A DNA stretch of 12,038 nt from Sandaracinaceae bacterium (GTDB lineage Bacteria > Myxococcota_A > Polyangia > Polyangiales > Sandaracinaceae): assembly GCA_044220955.1 (NCBI GenBank), contig JBGAQA010000145.1, positions 1 to 12,038 of the forward strand, read 5' to 3'. A program made the position numbers and the translations under genes. This document shows positions 7,265 to 12,038 of the stretch, one piece after another (positions within the stretch are counted from its first letter, which is position 1; each line of letters opens with the position of its first letter). Under the pieces are notes generated by a model. It saw only the letters and a list, made by a program, of their open reading frames with translations. It did no database searches and was not told where the DNA came from.

Positions 7265-7848
7265 GGGGTGGCTCCGCACGCGAGAGAGCCGTCGGCGAGC
7301 CCCGCGTCGCGGGAGCCGACGTCGGGCACGCTCGCGTCGAAGTCCACGCACTGCACGTCGTCGACGAGGTGCAGCACGACGCGCACGCCGCCCGAGCAGG
7401 GGCCCGCGTGCACGATCAGCTCCAGCGTTCCGTCGTGGCCCGCGATCTGGGAGACCGGCGCGCCGTTGAAGAAGAGCAGCCACCCGTCGACCGCGAGCGC
7501 GTCGGCGCGCGACACCGTCGACACCGCGCGATCGGTGCGCCCCCCCTCCACGGCCGTGTCGGCGATGGAGACGGTCGCCGCGATCTCGAGCGCTTCGGTC
7601 CCCGCCGGCGCGCCGCGCACGCGCACGTCGAGCGGTAGCATCTGGAAGCCCTGGAATCCGAGCACGATCTCGGCTCGGTCTCCGGCCACGTAGGGGACGA
7701 AGGCGTCGCCCCCGCGGCCGACGACCACGGCGAGCCGACATGCTGCATCCGTCGATGCGTCCGGCGTCGTGCCCGGAGGTCCGCACGCGGGCGACGCGAG
7801 CGCCGCCAGGACGATCAGTGCTCGCTCGATCGATCGCCGTGCGTCCAT
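7261..7848 (-). CDS. Hypothetical lipoprotein (195 aa)
   Basis: ATG lies 4 nt after the upstream stop, with GAGGTGA just upstream. Hydrophobic signal ends SPA-C. It has a beta-rich core with a GFQGFQM motif and four further Cys. Confidence 0.8.
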   Translation of the reverse strand: MDARRSIERALIVLAALASPACGPPGTTPDASTDAACRLAVVVGRGGDAFVPYVAGDRAEIVLGFQGFQMLPLDVRVRGAPAGTEALEIAATVSIADTAVEGGRTDRAVSTVSRADALAVDGWLLFFNGAPVSQIAGHDGTLELIVHAGPCSGGVRVVLHLVDDVQCVDFDASVPDVGSRDAGLADGSLACGATP

Positions 7849-7852
7849 GGGC

Positions 7853-8971
7853 TCACCTCGTGAAGGCCAGGCCGAGGCCCGCCGAGAAGGCGACGCGCTC
7901 GGGCAAGAGGGGCGTGTCGATGTACCGCGTGTAGGCGAGCTCCGCGTCCGCGAGGAGCGTCGCCCGCAGATCCTGGACCCAGCCCACGTCGACCTCGACG
8001 CGGAGCCCGGCCGCGGTCGTGCTCATCGGCGCGAGCTCTCGGTCGCGGGTGCGCAGGCCCGGCACGAGGGGCAGCGTCGCGTAGTGGCCGGAGTAGAAGC
8101 TCGCTCCGCGCTGGCCGAGGAACCGGAAGTCGAGGCTCGCCCGGAGCTCGGGGACGGGCACGATCGTGAGCGTCGCCAGCGCGGTGTGCCCCAGCACTCC
8201 CCAGTCGTCGGCGTGGAGGCGGTACGAGCCACGCAGGAACACCTGATCGGACGCGGCGATGCGCAGGCCGATGCGGCCTGCTCCGCGCGTCCGGTCGTCG
8301 GGCACGGCCTCCGGGACCGCCACGCGACCGAGCGGGTCGGCGGCGGCGTAGATGGACACGAAGCGGTAGGGGCTCTCGAGGTAGCCGTGCGCGTGCTCGA
8401 GCGCGCCGGACACGTCGAGCACGAGATCGCGCGTCAGCACCCACGACCACGCGAGGCTGCCCCCCGCGGCCCACGCCTCGCCCACGGCGCGCTGGTCTCC
8501 GACGCGGCCGACGCTGCTCCAGCTACCCGTGCCCGAGATCACGACGCGGTGCAGGTGAAGCGCGTCCTCGAGCGCCAGATGCGCCCCGCCCGTCGCGGAC
8601 CCGTAGTCCGGCGAGAGACTGCCGGCGGCGCCGGCGCCGACGTGGACCGTGCTGGACGCCGCGTGGTCGACCTCGAGCGCCAGGCCGTTGCGCATCTCCG
8701 AGAACCCGCGTGGGCTCGCGCTGGTGCGCACGTCGATCGTGGCGGCGCTGATGACGTCCGCGTCCCAGCCCAGGCTCAGGGTGGTGTCGTCGACGGCCGC
8801 GCGGGCCACGACGTGAGGGTGCAGGACCTCGAGCGAGTCCGAGTCGGTGTAGCCGTGCACGCTCGCCGCGTAGCGCGTGTCGGCCCGGGCCGTCACCGAC
8901 GCGAGCCCGAGCGTCACGGCGGCGAGCGCGACGGCGTGGACTGCGGGAAGGGGGCGATCAGTTGCAGCCAC
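7853..8971 (-). CDS. DUF3570-family outer-membrane beta-barrel protein (372 aa)
   Basis: Signal peptide ending TARA; YTDSD; DVISAAT..D..TSAS; GYLESPYRFV; EAVPDDRTR; YRLHADDWG..GHT; RDRELA; amphipathic strands. The GTG start (MAATD) is embedded in the GGCGCN-stop tail of the upstream DUF4266 gene. Confidence 0.85.
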   Translation of the reverse strand: MAATDRPLPAVHAVALAAVTLGLASVTARADTRYAASVHGYTDSDSLEVLHPHVVARAAVDDTTLSLGWDADVISAATIDVRTSASPRGFSEMRNGLALEVDHAASSTVHVGAGAAGSLSPDYGSATGGAHLALEDALHLHRVVISGTGSWSSVGRVGDQRAVGEAWAAGGSLAWSWVLTRDLVLDVSGALEHAHGYLESPYRFVSIYAAADPLGRVAVPEAVPDDRTRGAGRIGLRIAASDQVFLRGSYRLHADDWGVLGHTALATLTIVPVPELRASLDFRFLGQRGASFYSGHYATLPLVPGLRTRDRELAPMSTTAAGLRVEVDVGWVQDLRATLLADAELAYTRYIDTPLLPERVAFSAGLGLAFTR

Positions 8972-9164
8972 AGCCCCCGCCTCCGGCGCCGCCGGGATCG
9001 AGGGCGGCCTCGCGGGAGCCCGCGACGTGCGCGTCGAACGCGGCCCGCTCCGGCTCCTGCACCTCTGCCATCGCGGGGCTCGCGAGGCGCTCCCGCTCCC
9101 AGGGCTGCACGGTCGCGCACCCGTGCACGGGCAGCAGGGTCAGCAGCACGATCGCGGTCCTCAC
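8958..9164 (-). CDS. DUF4266-family small lipoprotein (68 aa)
   Basis: GTG 9164 overlaps the upstream TGA (GTGA). Lipobox VHG-C is followed by ATVQPWERERLASPAM, SREAA and terminal GGAGGGGCGCN, the signature of this family. Confidence 0.9.
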   Translation of the reverse strand: MRTAIVLLTLLPVHGCATVQPWERERLASPAMAEVQEPERAAFDAHVAGSREAALDPGGAGGGGCGCN

Positions 9165-9661
9165 GACGCGCCCCCGTCGACGTCCGTCGCTCGGCACAGC
9201 TCCAGCCAGTCGCGGATCGCTTCGTACGCGGGATCGCTCGCGTCCTCGAACACGTCCCCGCCGCCGTGCCAGACCCCTCCGGCCGACACGGCCAGCGGCT
9301 TCCGAAGCACGAGGCAGTCGGCGAGGGAGCCGCCGTCGACGGCGAACGCCGCCACGCGCTCCGCGTTCGCGGCGAGCTCGTCCGCTCCGATCGGCTCGTC
9401 GAGGTACGTCCGCGCGGGGTCGCGCCGAAGAGCACCGGGCGCGTAGAGCGAGAAGGGGCGGTCCGCCCGACCATGGCAGCTGCCCTGCGCGCAGCGTCGC
9501 TCGAGCTGCGGCTCGACCTCTCGCGCGAAGCGACCGAGCTCCGCGACGACGATCGGGCGGCCGCCCGGAGCCGGTCCGTCGCAGCCGACGGCCAGCACGG
9601 CCAGCGTCGCGCCCATCACGAGCGCGCAGACGAGGGCACGTCGCGGGCGGTCAGTGCGCAT
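9161..9661 (-). CDS. Mono-heme c-type cytochrome-like lipoprotein with atypical CX4CH motif (166 aa)
   Basis: Lipobox AVG-C; FAREVEPQLERRCAQGSCHG (motif at 9473-9493); LVLRKPL...HGGG..F...DPAY..I..WL, resembling planctomycete-type cytochrome c domains. ATG overlaps the upstream gene by 11 nt. Confidence 0.8.
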   Translation of the reverse strand: MRTDRPRRALVCALVMGATLAVLAVGCDGPAPGGRPIVVAELGRFAREVEPQLERRCAQGSCHGRADRPFSLYAPGALRRDPARTYLDEPIGADELAANAERVAAFAVDGGSLADCLVLRKPLAVSAGGVWHGGGDVFEDASDPAYEAIRDWLELCRATDVDGGAS

Positions 9662-12038
9662 CCGGCACCACGTCGGCGACGGCGCCGCTCTCGATCCACC
9701 GCACGAAGGTCCGGATCTCGGCCTCGCTCAGGCCCTCCGGCGGGCAAGACGGAGTCGGCGCCGGGCCCGCCGCGTCGAGCTCCGCGCCCGTGAGCCGCTC
9801 GAGAAGCGGGCTGCGTCGCGCGCGCAGCGCGGGATCGATCTGCGCCGCGAGGGCCTCGTACCCGCGGTCGAAGCGTGCCCCCGGACCGGCGGCGAGCACG
9901 ACGCCCCCCGCGCTCGTCGCCTCGTCGTGACAGCGCACGCAGCGCTCGTCGAGGAGGGGGCGGAGCGTGCGCTCGAACGTCGGCACCTCGCCCGCGCCCG
10001 GAGTCGGCACGCTCGAGCGCGCGATCGGGCGTCGCGGGTTCCGGTCCTGGTGCGTCGAGAGCGTGATCGACGCGGCGCTCAGCGCGTCCGGCGCCGGCGC
10101 GAGCGCGTCCTCGGCGCGGCCGGTGAAGGAGCCATGGCAGCCGGCGCACGCGTGCGCGTACGTCGCCGGGTTCGTCCCGGCCGGGACCATCTCCAGGCCC
10201 TCGCCGTAGTACCAGCGGTCGAGCTGGTTGCCGGCGGACATCCCGTGTCCGTCGACGAACTGCAGCAGCAGCGGCGTCCGCGCCGGCACGTCGAGCTCCG
10301 CGGATCGATCGGCGGCGAGCGGGATCTCGGCGAGGATCTCGGCGCCCGGCGCGAAGAGGCCCGTCGTCGCCGCCGGTGCGAGGACGCGCACGGCCGCCAG
10401 GTCGGTCCGCAGCGCGCGCGCCCCCGTCGGGGGCGTACGGCCGTAGAGGGCCTCGAGCACGGCCGCGTCGCGGATGGCGATGCGCGCGCGCGACGCGCTC
10501 GCATCGACCCTGGAGACGTGGTCGCCGTCCTCGACGGGGCGCGTGATCACGAGGGCCGGGCTGCGCAGCGCGTGGCCTGGATCGGCGAGGATCGTCCGGA
10601 CGTCGCCAAGCCGTGCGCCCCCCGGGCCGTCGACGATCTCCGCGATCACGAGGGCGTCCTCACCCTCCGCGCGTCCGTCGTCGCTCGCGGCGAGCACCGA
10701 GCCGTCGGGCAGCGCCACCGGGTCGCGCCAGCGCTCCCCGTCGAGCGCCGAGAGAGGCGCTCGGTAGCCGCCGACGCTGGGAGCGGCGTCGCCCGGGAGC
10801 AGGGGGCCGAGCGAGCGATCGAGGACCGCGAGCGCACCCCGGTCGTCTGCCGCGTTCACGTCGCCGAGCACGAGGAGGATCTGGCGCCCGTCCGGGAGGT
10901 CCCGGGCGACGAGCGGCGCTCGAGGCGCGATCGAGCCGCCGAACTGCACGTGGTACTCCGGCTCGCCGTGGAGCGACGGGTCGTGGCAGAGCGGGAAGCG
11001 GAACAGGACCCCCTCGCCGCGCGCGCGCCGGATGGCGAAGACCAGCGTGCCGTGCGTCTTGCCGCTCGCGAGCGCGGCAGGCCGCACCTCCGGTGCCCGC
11101 GTGAACGTGAGGCGCTCGACGGTGCCGTCCTCGGAGATCGCCGCCAGCTCGGGCGGCGCGCCCGCGCGGCCGTCCGAGCCCTCCTCGCTCGCGCCGTCCC
11201 ACACCGCGATCACGCGACCGTCCGGCCCGAACGTCGGCTGCACGAACGATCCTGGCGAGGACGCGCCGGTGAGGCGGCGGACCGCGCGGCTCTCGAGGTC
11301 GAGCGCGTGCAGCGAGAAGGTCCGCTCGCCGCCCCGTCGCATCGCGAAGACGAGCGTGCGGGCGTCGTGCGACACCGCGGGGTCGCGGATCTCGGCGGGG
11401 CCCTCGGGGTGCGCCGCCGCGGTGAGGTTCTCGATCGCCCGCGGGTCGATGACGCCGTCGTCCGGCCACGGGCCGAGGAAGACGTCGCTGCCTTCGCTCT
11501 CGGGCGCGATGCGGTAGGGAGCGCGCGCGCCGACGGCCCCGCGCACCCAGACGAGCGCGCGCGGCGCGCGCCCCTCGCTCGTCCCGACGGCCGCGCGCTC
11601 GGCGTCGGCCCACGCGAGGACGCGCTGGAGGTCGGCTGACTCGAGGGGAGCCGTCGGCGGGGCCTCGGGGAAGAGCGTGCCCGGGTTCCCGCGGTGCACC
11701 AGCCCCCCGGCGATCTCGCCGAGCGCCTTGCGGATCAAGCGCGAGCGGCTCGCGTGTGCGCCCCACAGATCGACGAAGGCCCGCGCCGTGAGGCGCATCG
11801 AGACGACCTCGGCGGGGGACAGCTCGCCCGTGTCCGGATCGGGGTGCAGGACGAGGACCGCGTTGGCGACCTCGGTCGGCCCGTGGCACCCGGCGAACCC
11901 ACACCGCCGGACGAGGACGGGGGCGACGTCGCGCGCGAACTGCGCGTCGAGCTCGGTGAGCGCGCGATCCTCGCCGCCGGTTCCATCGGGCTCGGCGTCG
12001 ATCCAGCGCTCGAGCGCGGCGACGGCGGGATCGGAGGG
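9651..12038 (-). CDS. HzsA-like multi-heme protein (hydrazine synthase alpha-like architecture), 5'-truncated by the window (>795 aa)
   Basis: The frame stays open 80 codons past ATG 11798 to the window end (PSDPAVAALERWI...FARDVAPVLVRRCGFAGCHG...). It has TolB/PD40-like blades (DPAVSHDARTLVFAMR, QPTFGPDGRV, RLTF). The HZS-alpha middle-domain-like ILAEIPLAADRSAELDVPARTPLLLQFVDGHGM is followed by CAGCH (10134-10148). The C-terminal domain is FERTLRPLLDERCVRCH (9927-9941)...WIESGA. Confidence 0.85.
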   Translation of the reverse strand, partial: PSDPAVAALERWIDAEPDGTGGEDRALTELDAQFARDVAPVLVRRCGFAGCHGPTEVANAVLVLHPDPDTGELSPAEVVSMRLTARAFVDLWGAHASRSRLIRKALGEIAGGLVHRGNPGTLFPEAPPTAPLESADLQRVLAWADAERAAVGTSEGRAPRALVWVRGAVGARAPYRIAPESEGSDVFLGPWPDDGVIDPRAIENLTAAAHPEGPAEIRDPAVSHDARTLVFAMRRGGERTFSLHALDLESRAVRRLTGASSPGSFVQPTFGPDGRVIAVWDGASEEGSDGRAGAPPELAAISEDGTVERLTFTRAPEVRPAALASGKTHGTLVFAIRRARGEGVLFRFPLCHDPSLHGEPEYHVQFGGSIAPRAPLVARDLPDGRQILLVLGDVNAADDRGALAVLDRSLGPLLPGDAAPSVGGYRAPLSALDGERWRDPVALPDGSVLAASDDGRAEGEDALVIAEIVDGPGGARLGDVRTILADPGHALRSPALVITRPVEDGDHVSRVDASASRARIAIRDAAVLEALYGRTPPTGARALRTDLAAVRVLAPAATTGLFAPGAEILAEIPLAADRSAELDVPARTPLLLQFVDGHGMSAGNQLDRWYYGEGLEMVPAGTNPATYAHACAGCHGSFTGRAEDALAPAPDALSAASITLSTHQDRNPRRPIARSSVPTPGAGEVPTFERTLRPLLDERCVRCHDEATSAGGVVLAAGPGARFDRGYEALAAQIDPALRARRSPLLERLTGAELDAAGPAPTPSCPPEGLSEAEIRTFVRWIESGAVADVVPDAH

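Noticed and set aside
7265..7786. N-terminal 174 aa of the 997-aa ORF 4793-7786
   Set aside because: This Arg-rich stretch overlaps the lipoprotein gene 7261-7848. The signal peptide and lipobox begin right after GTG 7264.
8958..9164. DUF4266 as a RiPP precursor, or as a Trp substrate of the MauG-like protein
   Set aside because: It has a lipobox and matches a family normally found without MauG-like genes. No RiPP maturases are present, and the di-heme protein lacks the MauG Tyr ligand position.
210..11639. Long + strand ORFs (e.g. 470-2023, 2029-3735, 3245-4702, 5573-7693, 7769-9793, 9654-11639) and Arg-rich alternative-frame minus ORFs
   Set aside because: They are R/S/A/G-rich with no motifs and overlap well-supported minus-strand genes. 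Such shadows are expected in very high-GC DNA.
11796..11798. ATG 11798 as the start of the HzsA-like gene
   Set aside because: The frame is open to the window end and contains a CX4CH motif upstream. No signal peptide follows this ATG.
4793..12038. Calling this a true anammox hydrazine synthase (hzsABC)
   Set aside because: Only the domain architecture is shared. The alpha-I Tyr position is not retained, extra domains and lipoboxes are present, and base composition and context do not fit anammox bacteria.

Overview
Very GC-rich bacterial DNA. The lipoprotein-rich gene content suggests Myxococcota/Polyangia, but this is inference. All credible genes are on the minus strand; the long + strand ORFs are antisense shadows. 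The right two-thirds (3779 to beyond 12038) is one tightly packed, largely overlapping putative operon for an envelope redox system. In transcription order it encodes: (1) a 5'-truncated HzsA-like multi-heme protein (CX4CH cytochrome domain(s), TolB-like propeller, hydrazine-synthase-alpha-like middle domain with CXXCH, C-terminal CXXCH domain); (2) a CX4CH cytochrome lipoprotein; (3) a DUF4266 lipoprotein ending GGCGCN; (4) a DUF3570-type outer-membrane barrel with two flavinylation-like motifs; (5) a hypothetical lipoprotein; (6) a beta-propeller/di-heme CcP-MauG-like fusion lipoprotein; (7) a beta-propeller lipoprotein. Downstream are a perfect TTGAC-N4-GTCAA palindrome, a RetSat/CrtI-family FAD oxidoreductase, a pair of 30-bp REP-like repeats, a small PQQ-like propeller-repeat protein, a candidate 58-aa small ORF, and a 3'-truncated membrane/coiled-coil protein. 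The best candidate for an undescribed system is the hydrazine-synthase-like (alpha + beta-gamma architecture) heme module combined with a DUF3570/DUF4266 module. All family calls come from motif recognition by eye; no database search was run.
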